Assembly: GCF_006345805.1 (NCBI RefSeq) | Contig: NC_042997.1 | Location: forward strand, 87,420,001-87,484,000 | DNA length: 64,000 nucleotides | Source: Octopus sinensis | Taxonomy: Eukaryota | Reading direction: 5' to 3' | In this document: piece after piece, positions 34,376-47,089 of the stretch | How the letters are laid out: every line of letters starts with the position of its first letter | How positions within the stretch are numbered: position 1 is the first letter of the stretch | Position numbers and translations under genes: made by a program | The notes under the pieces: generated by a model | Told to the model about the DNA's origin: nothing | The model's input: only the letters and a program-made list of their open reading frames with translations | Database searches by the model: none

Positions 34376-34929
34376 CACATGCACAAATACTAACCAAAAT
34401 ACCCCTTACTTGAAGTAAAGACTCAGAGGATGAATGAATCATCAGTTGCATCATGATGAAATTGTACTCATAGGAACAACTTTCTATCTTGAACTACCCT
34501 AGTGAATTTTGGACTCAAGGCTCCCAGCAATTTGAATCACACATATTTTATGTACACACACACACACACACACATTTGGTCAGTCATCCATAAGTTTGGA
34601 AAAAGCACATTTAAAAAAAAACCTTTTGAGCAGTTATATCTTATGTAGTTGAGTAGTATACCGTTGGTTTTATGGCTGATCAGAAAGTTACCATTGATTT
34701 CACGTCTACTATTGCACTTGGCAGTATAGGTGACTCATCTGGCCAGAGACAAACAAACCTCTTTAGTAATGGTGGTAAAAATACTGTCACAATCAGTTTA
34801 CTGCGGAAAAATCCTCTGAAACCAAAAAATCTCCGAAATGAAATTACCTGTTCTTGGAAGGACAGAGTTATCTTCCCTTTAACATTCCCAGCTGTGTCCA
34901 AAGATCAGTTTATGTACATCTTTTCGTTC

Positions 34930-35500
34930 ACTAGTTTGCAAATGAGGACCGACTAAAAATTTTACTTTTTGAATTCAAGAAGGCACCTGGGCTGTGCAAG
35001 TCTCTTAGGATCATTGTCCCCTCTGTCAAGAAAAGTTTGTACTGTCCACTTCCATTGAGGTATGGCCTAGGTTGTTCTGGCAGTTTCTAAATAATTCTGT
35101 AGGTCGTTCTCCCATCTTTTAACTGGCTAATGTCGTATTGTGTCTCTCTAGGATTTTAAAAGAGGGCCTGTGGTTATTTAATCTTGTCTTAAATGGGTCC
35201 TTCATTGCTCCAATATATTTCCGTGTGTGTGTCCATATATTGTTATTACTGCTGCTGTTGTTGCTGCTACTATTGGACACCACCTCTGGTTCATTGACCA
35301 CAGCCTCAGAGTTGCATCGACCACATACTGGGCACACACTGTTAACCCTGCTTCTGCATCCTACCTCTGTGGAAGGTTTAAGGGCATTTACTAAAATCTT
35401 TTTTACACTAGGCACACAGCTGAATGAGATACTTAAGTTATATCTATTGAATAATCGTCCAAACCTATGGGAGTGTGAAATAAATTTCACCGCATATATC
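34930..35500 (-). pseudogene. Penelope-like GIY-YIG endonuclease remnant
   Basis: ISFSCVPS, GCRSRVNSVCPVCGRC, KYIGAMKDPFKTRLNNHRPSF, YLNGSGQYKLFLTE and FLNSKSKIFS motifs. Confidence 0.8.
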
Positions 35501-35899
35501 GTTATGTTGAGCCATCAATTGCTTCACATAATTTTCTCTCTCTGTTTTTTTTTTTGTTTTCATTTTCTCTCTGTCCCTCTCAATTATTGAAAAGATACTA
35601 AACATGAGCTGAAGAATTCCTTATGTAGATCCTGTGACTAAGTGCAGTACCATAGATGACATCTGGTAACTGAATGTGGTGAATGTGTTCTCAAGGCACA
35701 CTACTAGGGACATATCCAAAACAAAGTTTGGACACTACATTTTAAAGTCTCCAAGGAATGGGAATGTGAAACTTTGAGTAGCAGTTTTTTGTGATTTTTT
35801 GGGATGTTTTTGCATCTTTAATGATAAAGCATATTACTCTACCTCTGCAATTCAAGTACTATTTTTCCCACCTTGTTTCACATTTATGTGCTTACTATG

Positions 35900-35927
35900 G
35901 TATATATATATATATATATAATATATA

Positions 35928-35975
<48 letters not shown>

Positions 35976-36131
35976 ATATATATATATGTGTGTGTGTTTG
36001 TGTGTGTGTATTTGTGTATGTGTGTGTGTGTGAGCGAGTGTGTGTATACATATATATGCATGTATGTATATATATGTGCATGTATGTATGTATATATATA
36101 TATATATATGCATGTATGTATGTAGGTATAT

Positions 36132-36162
<31 letters not shown>

Positions 36163-36176
36163 GCATGTATGTAGGT

Positions 36177-36263
<87 letters not shown>

Positions 36264-36275
36264 GTATATATATAT
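35900..36275. repeat. TA/TG microsatellite tract
   Basis: Direct inspection. Confidence 0.95.
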
Positions 36276-36628
36276 TGTGCGTTCGTGCCTGTGTGTGTTT
36301 AATTTTTTTTATTCCTAGATTTTAACATCAAAAATAGCGATACTTAGCAAATAACTTTTTTTCAAAATTTCGTTTGCATTTTTTCTTTTCTTCTTTGGGA
36401 AGGATGTGACTGTCTTTAGCATTTTCATTTTTGAGTTGTGTTCTTGGAAATTTTTTCAGAATTCTGTTTTAGACAAAGGAAAAAATGATTACAAAAAATA
36501 AAGATAAAATAAGACAAGGATTTAGAGTCATGTATGATGGATTAGGACTTTAGGGCAAGATTAAGCTTTAGAGTTTTGGATCAAGAATCTAGGGTTAGGG
36601 TTTAAAACTAGTATTTGGATTTAGAGTT

Positions 36629-39111
36629 TGATATGACACATGACTTCTCATCATCACTGTTATATCTGAACTGTTATAATATGAAACGTTCCTGATGTTC
36701 TCTTATTACTCTCCAACTGTGTATCTTCAAGAAGCACTCCACCATATCCCTATTCAGTAATTCCTACAATCTGTACACTATGACTGCACATATGACACTC
36801 TTCTCAGACTGTTCTGTGCATGCTCATTTATACTAACTAGCATAGTTCATACAGTTCTATATTTAGCAAATATAGCATAGTTCACTTAGCCAATCACAGG
36901 ATGTACAGATTCCCCACACAACACTTTCCCCCTTTGAGATTAGCTTTCCCTTTATTTAATATTTTTTTTATTACTTCTTTGGGGAGCTTTCTAGTTGACT
37001 TACACACTGGTTCAACCCTTTCCTGTGGCGCCAGAATATCAAATTTGTCATAAAGTATTTCCATAGTCTCTTCCTGCCATTTTCAACCATCTGTGTATCT
37101 CTTTTATTTAGTTTACATGTCCCTTATGCCCACACGTCTGCCCTTTCACCATATATATTACTCTACCAAAACGTTTGGTTATTCATCCTTGTTCCTAACT
37201 TTATTTTCCATATTTGTACATTTTTAAAAATATAGCATCACCTATATTGAAATAGTTTGTATTATTAACAGTATTCTTCTATATTTGTTGTTTCCTTCCT
37301 GGTAGCAATTTATCAATACTGATCGTACCTTTCTGGCAAACATTAATTCAGTGGGTGGCATACCTGACTCTGTGTTTGGGTTTGGCGCTATTCTATAGGC
37401 ATGTAAAAATTTTGTCAGTGTATTATCCACTAATGATTCATTTCTTATTTTCCTCAACTCTCTTTTAAATGTATCTACGGACCTCTCCACAAGATGATAT
37501 GGCAGAATAATGATATGTTCCATTTGATGCATCTTACAAAAATCTTTGAACTCTTTTCTTGTAAATTGAATGCCATTATCCAACACTATAGTATCCAGCA
37601 TACCAAAATGTGCAAATATTTCATCCAAAAATTTAATAGTTATTTTCCTACTTGGTTTTCTGCACTTACAAATTTCAGGCCATTTTGTGTAGCTATCTAC
37701 CACTACCAGATAATATAGTGGCCCAGTAAAATTTATGTGTAGTCTAGACCATGGCATATCCGTCTTTGGCCACAGTTGAATCTTTACTAGATGTGCCATA
37801 GCTGTCAGGGTGCATCCCTTGCATGCTTTCACCAGTTTCTTGATATCTTTATCCATACTAGGCCAGTAAATATAACTCTTCATGACGAACTTCATCCTTG
37901 CAATTCCAGGATGTCCTACATGAAATTCTTTTTAGCTTTGTATTTTGTAGTACATCAGGAATCACAACCCTCTGAGTGTACACCAACACATTGTTACACA
38001 TCAAATAGTGTTTTGAACCTATGTTACGCTCAGCAACATAATTTTTTATATTTATCTCATTCATTATTATTTTTACCATTTTGTTGATAAATGCATTTTT
38101 TTCTGTTTTATTTTTTATTGCTTCCAAGGTGACTGGTAGTTCCCACACTACATTACAGAGAATGTTTTTTAATTCAATTTCTGATTTTAACGCTGCTATT
38201 ACTGTATCTTTTTGTGGTTCCTTATCCTTCAGGATCAATCTTGACAGCCTATCTGCAAGTCCCAATTTCTTTGAAGGCAAAAATTCCATTTTGAAATCGT
38301 AATTTATTGGCTGTATGTATGGGGACACCTTTTTTTGATCCATATATTGTTAATAGTAGACGGTGATCTGTCTGCAAGATAAACTTTCTGCCATGCAAGA
38401 ATTTATGAAATTTCTTCACTGTAAAGATAATGGCTAATGCCTCTTTCTCTATCTGACTAATTTTTTCTGCCAATAGTAATGCAAGTGCGATCGGTTTTAC
38501 GTTATCATTTTCCAATTTATGTAAGATTACTGCTCCAATCCCAGACTCGCTTGCATCTGATGCTACAATTAATTATTTTTAGTTTTGGATCAAAATGTGC
38601 TCGAGATAGCTCTGATATTAACATCTTTTTAATCTCTTCGCATGCTTTTTGGCATTCGTCAGTCCAATACCATTTCACATCTTTTTTTCAGCTGTTTGTT
38701 TAAAGGTGCTCTTAGCTCATGCATTCTTGGAATATACAATTGATAATAATTCACAAGACCTAGAAAAGCTTGTAAGGTTGTAATATTAGTCAGAGGAGGC
38801 ATATCTTTAATTGTGTCTGCCCTCGACAGGTCCAGTCATTGTTCATCTATGATATGACATACGACTTCTCATCATCACTGTTATATCTGAACTGTTATAA
38901 TATTAAACTTTCCTCATGTTCTCTTATTACTCTCCAACTGTGTATCTTCATCAAGCACCCCAAGATATCCCTATTCAGTAATTCCTACGACTTGTACACT
39001 ATGACTGCTCATATGACACTCTTCTCAGACTGTTCTGCGTATGCTCATTTATACTAATTAGTATAGTTCACTTAGCCAATTTACAAGGGTGTACAGATTC
39101 CCCATACAACA
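36629..39111 (-). mobile_element. Old, internally deleted Ty3/Gypsy element (family D): LTRs ~36629-36923 and ~38840-39111, with an RT-end/RNase H/integrase remnant
   Basis: LQAFLGLVNYY, SQIEKEALAIIF, ILQTDHRLL, PWSRLHINFTGP, VLDNGIQF motifs; PPT aaagggggaaag before TGTTG; LTRs roughly 85-90% identical by eye; gag, PR and most of RT absent. Confidence 0.88.
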
Positions 39112-39246
39112 CTAATATCAGTTTTCTTCAAAGCTGGAGAAATAGCTGGCACCATATCAGTGCCCAAATCAATACATAAGATGGTAATTGTTCCAAGAGG
39201 TAGAGGAATGTCAAGGAGAATAAAGAATAAGAAAGGACTGATTTCA

Positions 39247-39357
<111 letters not shown>

Positions 39358-40059
39358 TTAAAAATGTTCCATTTGCAAGATTTTCTTTCTTTCTTTCTTT
39401 CTTCCTTCCTTCCTTCCTTCCTTCCTTCCTTCCTTTATTTATTTATTTATTTATTTATTTATCTAATTGCAGAATCATAATCTCATATTCAAAATAGAAA
39501 TCAAAGAAACTTTCTAATAAAACAAAAACAAAAAAAGTTACACGGGTCTGATAGTCTTCAAATTGTTTGTTGAGAAACTTCAATGTAATCTAAATACATC
39601 ATGTTGCAACATTAACATCAGTTCACTGGGCTTTGGTCCAGGCTATGGTGGGCATTTCGGCTTGCATGTGTGTGCATGCATGTGTGTGTGAGTGTGTGTG
39701 TGTGGTGTGTGTGTGTGTGTGTGCGCATGCATGCGTGTGTGTGTGTGTGTACATGTAAAAGAATCACACATTTGTAACAGTTATGCTCATCTATACATTT
39801 GCTCTTGCCAGTTATTGTACAAGGTTGTCAACTCTGTGTTTTGAATTAAATTGAGTGTCATTTTACTATTTGTAGCATGAAAATCCATTGAGTTACACAC
39901 CTGTGTTATTTTAGTGTTGCCACTTTTTAAAAAAAATTAGAGTTCACTGTTAAAATTACATAAAAGCGAAACCAGAATTCAATTTGGAATTTTCTGTCCA
40001 GAATTCATGCAAAAAATTTTGTGACAGGATAAAAAAAAAAAAATATTCTTCTACTTTTT

Positions 40060-40760
40060 AAAGCAAATCACTTCTGAAGTTCAAAGAGTTAACAAAAAAT
40101 TGGATGTAGAAACACATGATCCAACTAAATTATTGAATGATCTACATTTCAGTAATTATAATGCCAGAAAAGAAGCTAAATGAAAACGTCAGTGCTGGAT
40201 TATTTAGATACGAAGCTATATCTTGGTTGTCAATTTTAGATGGAAATCTAGTGTTAAATTTACTGAGTAGGAAGAAAGTGAGGTGAGAGGCTGATGCATA
40301 AAATTTATTGTAGGCGCTTTGGAGCAAATTAAACAGTATCATCCAGGTAATTTTTGTCTTTTAGTCAATGAGTTATTTTAGCATAATGGAATATCTTAAA
40401 CCGATAAAACCTGGAATTATAGGCCTTGCAATGCATTTTAATGACGATTCAGAAATTCTGACAAAAATTGATTTTCAATGAAAAATATTTTTTAATGTAT
40501 GATGGACACAAGTTTCAGATACATTTCATTTCTGGACTGATGTATCACTGTATAGGGATTCATCTGAGAAAATCTATATGAACATTTACCTCTCATTTTA
40601 CCAATGCAAATGCTGATGTAGCTAGAGTATTTAAATACATGAATTTTTCGAAATCAAATGAGTGTAAATGTCTAAGCATAGAAGCACTAAGAGAAATTTT
40701 GAACATCAAATATGGACTTAAACGAGGTGGTAAATTATGCTTATGTATTTGTTTTGCAAG
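40060..40760 (+). pseudogene. Possible hAT-superfamily transposase C-terminal relic
   Basis: TNANADVARVFKYMNFSKS...LSIEALREILNIKYGLKR resembles the SNA..ERVFS.MN..K dimerisation motif; many stops. Confidence 0.5.
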
Positions 40761-41419
40761 ATTCCTGATGTCAAATCGTGTGTTGAAAGAGATATTGTTA
40801 TATTTTGGAACAGTCAGTTTTATAAAAAAAAGTTTGGCCAAATAAACACATACACTATATATTCATTCTTCATTTCAAAATTATTTTATTATTATTCTTA
40901 TTTTGTCCTATGTCTGGAAATATTTCATCACACTTCCTGTGACCTCTTCAGTGACTTCTCATCCCATGTGTTTCTTCCTGTCCTGTTTAGTCCATTTTGA
41001 ATAATGAAATACATCTGAAGTGAAGAATGAATATATAGTGCATGTGTTTATTTGGCAATAAAAAATAAATGAGTTAAGAAAATTTTAAAATGACTATATC
41101 AAGTGAACTATTAAAGAAAATTAGATCTATGGATGCTTTTAAATCATGTGAAACTGCCGCTTCTACATCAAAAGAAATTGATAAAGAAATCTTTGAAAAC
41201 ATGCAGTAAAAATAAATGGAATTATGTTAATTTCATTTCAATTACAATTAAAAATTTTTTTTTACATTTACACCTATTTATGTGATTTTCTGCTTAGGTG
41301 CTTTGTTTTAGTACATTTCAGTTTTATTTAGTGGTTTTTAGCTATCAAAATTGCGTATTTTGAAATATTGAATTGGTAACTCAGCCACTGTAATCCATCA
41401 TGTCTTGTGAAACAAATAT

Positions 41420-41740
41420 GAATGATATACTGAGCCAGCTGGAACTGCATGAAGGCAGCACCAGTACAACCACAGGTCCTCTTTTAGTATTCTGGAAAGA
41501 TGATTTGTCATGTCCCTGGCAAGCAACATGTAGTACCTTAAAGATGAAAGGACCCCATATGACATCAAGTGGTGGATCATTGAGTGGCCAAGATCCTATA
41601 TCAATGGGAGCAGATGCTGCAAGCTTTGCATAGCAGAGTGAGCAAGGATCCTCAAAGACTCCCTAGAACCAAGATTATTAAATTTTCAACATGAGATTTA
41701 TAGTCCCTGCATCCATTTCAAACAGTACCTGCTGCAAGCA
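41420..41740 (+). pseudogene. Penelope-like GIY-YIG endonuclease remnant
   Basis: QYNHRSSFSI, KDERTPYDIKWWII, SYINGSRCCKLC and LLNFQHEIYSPCIH motifs across frameshifts. Confidence 0.75.
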
Positions 41741-42139
41741 TGGGACTCCCCATTCATCAATTAAACCTGAAAAGCCCTTATGAGCTAGAAGCCATTTAGC
41801 CCATATGCACTGCCAACTGAAATGGTCCAAGGAAGATAATCCATCCTTACTAAATCTGGATTGCTTATTATTACTAACTGACCATAACGGAATTCTACCT
41901 CCACAGTTTGAAGAGCTATATGGCCTTTGACCACCAATTTTTTCTTTTGAAAGTTATTTTGTAGAAAATTTCATTATAAATAACTATTTTTCTGAAAGTT
42001 TTGAGGAAATAAAGTTGGGGTGGGGTAGGAGCACACTTGCATAAGTAAACCTTTTCCTATTACTTTATACTCTTGAATTAATTTGGTGCTAATCTCTGGA
42101 AGTGTAATTTTGCTGTAACACACACACACACACACACAG

Positions 42140-42174
<35 letters not shown>

Positions 42175-42310
42175 CAATACAAATAATATATATATGCATA
42201 TATACATACATATATGTACATACTGACATATATATGTCTGTATATATGCATATATATATTATTTATATTATTATATGATTGAATGCCAAGCATCCATTTC
42301 CAAGTATGTT

Positions 42311-42341
<31 letters not shown>

Positions 42342-42344
42342 GCA

Positions 42345-42834
42345 TATATGGGTACGGGACATACCCAACTGTGTAAACAACACGAAGTACGAAAACAAAC
42401 AAGTTAAATACGCAATGAGAGAAAAAATGAAAAACAGGATGAGTAACACAAAGAACGACCCTTCATCAGTTGTCAGCTGTCTATCTACTCCTCATTTCGA
42501 GCACTCAATGACAATATGAGTCTTCGAAGACAGTTGCTCCCATAAATTCCAAACTAAAATTTTAGATTTATGGAGGCTCAAAGTTCGGAACAAAAATAGG
42601 ACATTGAAGACATACAAGGAAACTGAATGTAAACAAACATGGAGGGTCGTTAGATCAGAACTAGAGGAAAATAGTGAATGCTGGGAGAAATATTTTCTTT
42701 GAAAAGAGAAAAGATAAAAGAGAGAGATAGATAGAGGATGTCCAGTCCTTAGAACGTTGTGCAGGAAAAAAAGATGGTCACGTGAGGAAAAGGAAGATGG
42801 ACAATGGTCACATATGAGCAATGAAAGAGAGAAA

Positions 42835-42866
<32 letters not shown>

Positions 42867-43000
42867 CAGATAGAAAATGGTGAAGGGGAGAAAAAGGGAA
42901 TTAGAGAAGGTTGGGAGAGAAAATAGTATAGAGTAGAGTTGCATCAAAAAGATCAAGATAAACTTACTTGGAAATGGATGCATGACGTTCAATTAAATAA
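42345..43000 (-). mobile_element. Hammerhead-bearing terminal repeat (copy C); duplicated at ~43245-43900
   Basis: Pyrimidine-rich 5' part, hammerhead core, 3' end gtcccgtaccc(atat)n as in copies A and B. Confidence 0.55.
42458..42520 (-). ncRNA. Candidate non-circularly permuted hammerhead ribozyme (copy C)
   Basis: CUCAU-A-UUGUCA-UUGAGU-GCUC-GAA-AUGAG-linker-UGACAA-CUGAUGA-A-GGGU. Confidence 0.75.
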
Positions 43001-43033
43001 TATTATGAATAACATATATATATATATATATGT

Positions 43034-43066
<33 letters not shown>

Positions 43067-43201
43067 CAATACAAATAATATATATATGCATATATACATA
43101 CATATATGTACATACTGACATATATATGTCTGTATATATGCATATATATATTATTTATATTATTATATGATTGAATGCCAAGCATCCATTTCCAAGTATG
43201 T

Positions 43202-43245
<44 letters not shown>

Positions 43246-43358
43246 TATATGGGTACGGGACATACCCAACTGTGTAAACAACACGAAGTACGAAAACAAA
43301 CAAGTTAAATACGCAATGAGAGAAAAAATGGAAAACAGGATGAGTAACACAAAGAACG

Positions 43359-43421
43359 ACCCTTCATCAGTTGTCAGCTGTCTATCTACTCCTCATTTCG
43401 AGCACTCAATGACAATATGAG
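43359..43421 (-). ncRNA. Candidate non-circularly permuted hammerhead ribozyme (copy D, duplicate of C)
   Basis: Identical to 42458-42520, offset 901 bp. Confidence 0.72.
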
Positions 43422-43927
43422 TCTTCGAAGACAGTTGCTCCCATAAATTCCAAACTAAAATTTTAGATTTATGGAGGCTCAAAGTTCGGAACAAAAATAG
43501 GACATTGAAGACATACAAGGAAACTGAATGTAAACAAACATGGAGGGTCGTTAGATCAGAACTAGAGGAAAATAGTGAATGCTGGGAGAAATATTTTCTT
43601 TGAAAAGAGAAAAGATAAAAGAGAGAGAGATAGAAGATGTCCAGTCCTTAGAACGTTGTGCAGGAAAAAAAGATGGTCACGTGAGGAAAAGGAAGATGGA
43701 CAATGGTCACATATGAGCAATGAAAGAGAGAAAAAGAGAAAGAGGGGAGAGAGAGAGAAAGACAGATAGAAAATGGTGAAGGGGAGAAAAAGGGAATTAG
43801 AGAAGGTTGGGAGAGAAAATAGTATAGAGTAGAGTTGCATCAAAAAGATCAAGATAAACTTACTTGGAAATGGATGCATGACGTTCAATTAAATAATATT
43901 ATGAATAACATATATATATATATATAT

Positions 43928-43975
<48 letters not shown>

Positions 43976-44002
43976 TATATATATATATATATATATATCT
44001 AT

Positions 44003-44082
44003 ACCTTCATATGTCCTCTGCTTTCAGAGCTCATCATGTTGTTTACACAGTTGGGTGATGTCTTGTACCCATATATGCATGC

Positions 44083-44136
<54 letters not shown>

Positions 44137-44219
44137 ATATGCATGCATATATGGGTACAAGACGTCACCCAACTGTGTAAACAACATGATGGGCTCTGAA
44201 AGCAGAGGACATATGAGGT
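44003..44219. repeat. Near-perfect inverted repeat (~80-bp arms) around a (TA)n spacer
   Basis: 44003-44082 vs 44141-44219, three differences. Confidence 0.92.
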
Positions 44220-44570
44220 TAGAAAAGAATGAGGCTAGTATGCTCTGCTGGATGTGTAATGTAAGTGTACATGTTCAAGAAAGTGCCAGTGCTCTGAGAG
44301 AAAAGTTAGGCATGAGAGGAATTGGTTGCTGTGTGCAAAAGAAAAGACTGCACTGATTTGGTCATGTGATGCGGATGGATGCTGACAGCTCCATAACGAA
44401 ATGCTGATCTCTCTAGTGGATAGAACACATAGAAGTGGGAGACCCAGGAAGACATGGGATGAAATACTGAAGAATGACCCCAGGAAGCTGAACCTTTCAG
44501 GAGAGCTGACAAAGGACTGAGATACCTGGCACCTGGCTGTACTCAAGAAGATCTATACCCTGCTGGTAAA
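44190..44570 (+). pseudogene. RTE-clade LINE RT C-terminal fragment
   Basis: [36 protein letters not shown] and GRPRKTW motifs. Confidence 0.85.
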
Positions 44571-44579
44571 GTGTTAAAA

Positions 44580-44870
44580 CTGATCCTGCTGGTGGTGCAA
44601 AGCACTTGTGGTGGTGCCACATAAAAGCACCTGTGTGGTGCCACATAACAGTGCCTGTGTAGTGCCATGTAAAAGCGCCCATGCAGTGCCATTTAAAAGC
44701 ACCCAGCACACTCTGTAAAGTGGTTGGCATTAGGTAGGGCATCCAATCATAGAAACCATACCAAATCAGACTGAAGTCTGGTGCAGCTCCCCAGCTTGCC
44801 AGCTCTGGTCAAATCATCCAACCCATGCCAGCATGGACAACAGACATTAAATGATGATGATGATGATGAT
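44580..44870 (+). mobile_element. RTE-associated 3' UTR or SINE with short tandem gtgcca..aaaagc repeats and a (GAT)n tail
   Basis: Tail aacccatgccagcatggacaacagacattaaatgatgatg; related minus-strand copies at 48463 and 58397. Confidence 0.75.
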
Positions 44871-45789
44871 ATATATATTTATGATATATGTCCATGTGCT
44901 TCTGTTTGTGCAGTTTATGGAAACATAGTTTATTTGGAGGTGGAATTTATATGAGCAAATTAAATGAATTTTTAAAGAGAATCTTCGTTTTTCTACTTTG
45001 GTCCATCATCTATTATGACACAACAACTACAAACATTCACTTCATATTTATATTCACCAGGTGCTATATTTTATTTTTCAGATTTTTAAAATTATGAAAC
45101 AGCTATATAACTACACTTTCTTTGTTTGCAACAAGTATGTCAAAACATTGTTTTAATGATTTAGTTACATAGATACACACGTAGTATATTCCAATGTACT
45201 ATTTTAACAAAGTATCACAATATGATGTATATCCCAACATTGTTTCACTGATTTGTGATATATACATACAATACTCATATTATATTCCAAGATATTCAAA
45301 TGAATGTGATATATTGATGTTCAATATATTTAAACTATGTAAATACTAAAAGAAAAGATAAAAAAACTTTACTGATTATAGATTTATATCACTTAGACTA
45401 CTATGCAAAAAATATTTCAACTCCTTCAAATGAAGACAATATCAAAAAACTATTGGAGAAAAACCAAAAACTTACTGTACTTAAGTGTATGCATTGGAAA
45501 GTTGCCTATTTTGATTTTGACTTAACTACTACACAAACAGTGATTCAACAATAACATTACATCTACTTAAGCAAGCACCAACACATATGATATAAATAAT
45601 GAACTGAAAAGTATTTAAACAAATTTTAAAATCAGCCTGGAAATTTTAGCTAAGCTTTAAGTATTTATAATGATAAAACCAATATGGGTTATCTTCATAT
45701 CTAACCCCATACTTAGAAGGTTAACCCATCATAAACACTCTATTGACTAGACAAATGTCTGTATCTTGCTGGTACAATATGCTTCCAAT

Positions 45790-46130
45790 CTTTTCTTGAT
45801 TGCATCCTTCTCTTCTAGTTGAACATGAATTCTTTTACTATGTCATCTCCTCATCATCTTGGAGATCTTCTAAGTGGTACCTTCTGATTTCTTGGTTACC
45901 ACTCGAAAACTGCATGGGTCCAAGAGTCTTGCTGCATGTCTGCCCTGGTGGAACTCTCACTTTGAGTATTTCATGACTGCATTATTCACTCCTCTCTGTT
46001 CTCAAATTACTTTGTTTTGGATATACTCTAGCTGTGACATTCCTACCATGGGTCTTTCCATGGTTCCCTGTGCCATAGCCAGTCTATTCATCCTTTGTTG
46101 TAGTCAACATCCCACCTGCATATAAGAACA
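45790..46130 (-). pseudogene. RTE-clade RT C-terminal fragment
   Basis: LAMAQGTMERPMVG, EW.PRNQK.PL..SPR motifs, degenerate. Confidence 0.6.
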
Positions 46131-46299
46131 CAAATAGGATGGTGTTATTGAAGAGATTGACATGCAGGAGTTAGTCCAACTGTGTTTTGGGCACATCTTT
46201 GATTGAGACAATTAAATTTGAATGCCTCCCAACCTGCTCTAACTCTGTGCAAGATTTATCGAGTAGATTTACTTCTTCACTTTCTCAATTTCATTGTTT

Positions 46300-46610
46300 C
46301 CCACTACTAATTTTAAAAATGCATAGATACTCAGAACTAGAAAACAGTACATGACACACACTCATTCTAACAGTAAGTGTGAGTGAAAGAATGTAAGCTG
46401 CCTTTTGTCTCATATTCATAGATTTTAAAAAGGCCTTTGATAGCATCAAGGTGGATGTAGGGCTGAGGTTGCTCGAAATGTAAGGGATTGAAGCACAACA
46501 GATGGAACTTCTCAGGAAAGTGAATATGGGATGTACCATCGATAAAGCTCTGCTGTCGCTATTCATAACTGTTTCAGATGAAAAAAGTTTCAAACAAAGA
46601 GATACTATTT
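46300..46610 (+). pseudogene. RTE-clade RT fragment
   Basis: LIFIDFKKAFDSI motif at ~46410-46450. Confidence 0.65.
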
Positions 46611-46629
46611 TTCAAAGCTCTTTACTGGT

Positions 46630-46797
46630 GCAGGAGTGGCTGTATGGTAAGTAGCTTGCTTACCAACAACATGGTTGTGGGTTCAGTCCCACTGCGTGGC
46701 ACCTTGGACAAGTGTCTTCTACTATAGCCTCGGGCCAACCAAAGTCTTGTGAGTGGATTTGGTAGAGGGAAACTGAAAGAAACCCGTCGTATATATG

Positions 46798-46866
<69 letters not shown>

Positions 46867-47089
46867 TAGTGTGTCTGTGTTTGCCCCTCCAACATCGCTT
46901 GACAACCGATGTTGGTGTGTTTATGTTCCTGTAACTTAGCGGTTCGGCAAAAGAGAACGATAGAATAAGTACTAGGCTTACAAAAAATAAGTCCTGGGGT
47001 CAATTTGCTCGACTAAAGGTGGTGCTCCAGCATGGCCACAGTCAAATGACTGAAACAAGTAAAAGAGTAAAAGAGTAAAGAGTAAAGAG
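46630..47089 (+). mobile_element. Full-length tRNA-derived SINE (most frequent family)
   Basis: A box ggagtggctgtatggtaag, B box gggttcagtccc, internal TA/TG microsatellite, stem-loop tail cagtcaaatgactg and (agtaaaag)n end. Confidence 0.92.

Larger units (their letters stand above)
42160..43960. repeat. ~900-bp tandem duplication bounded by TA/CA microsatellites
   Basis: 42160-43055 vs 43055-43960; a few substitutions and microsatellite length differences. Confidence 0.92.
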
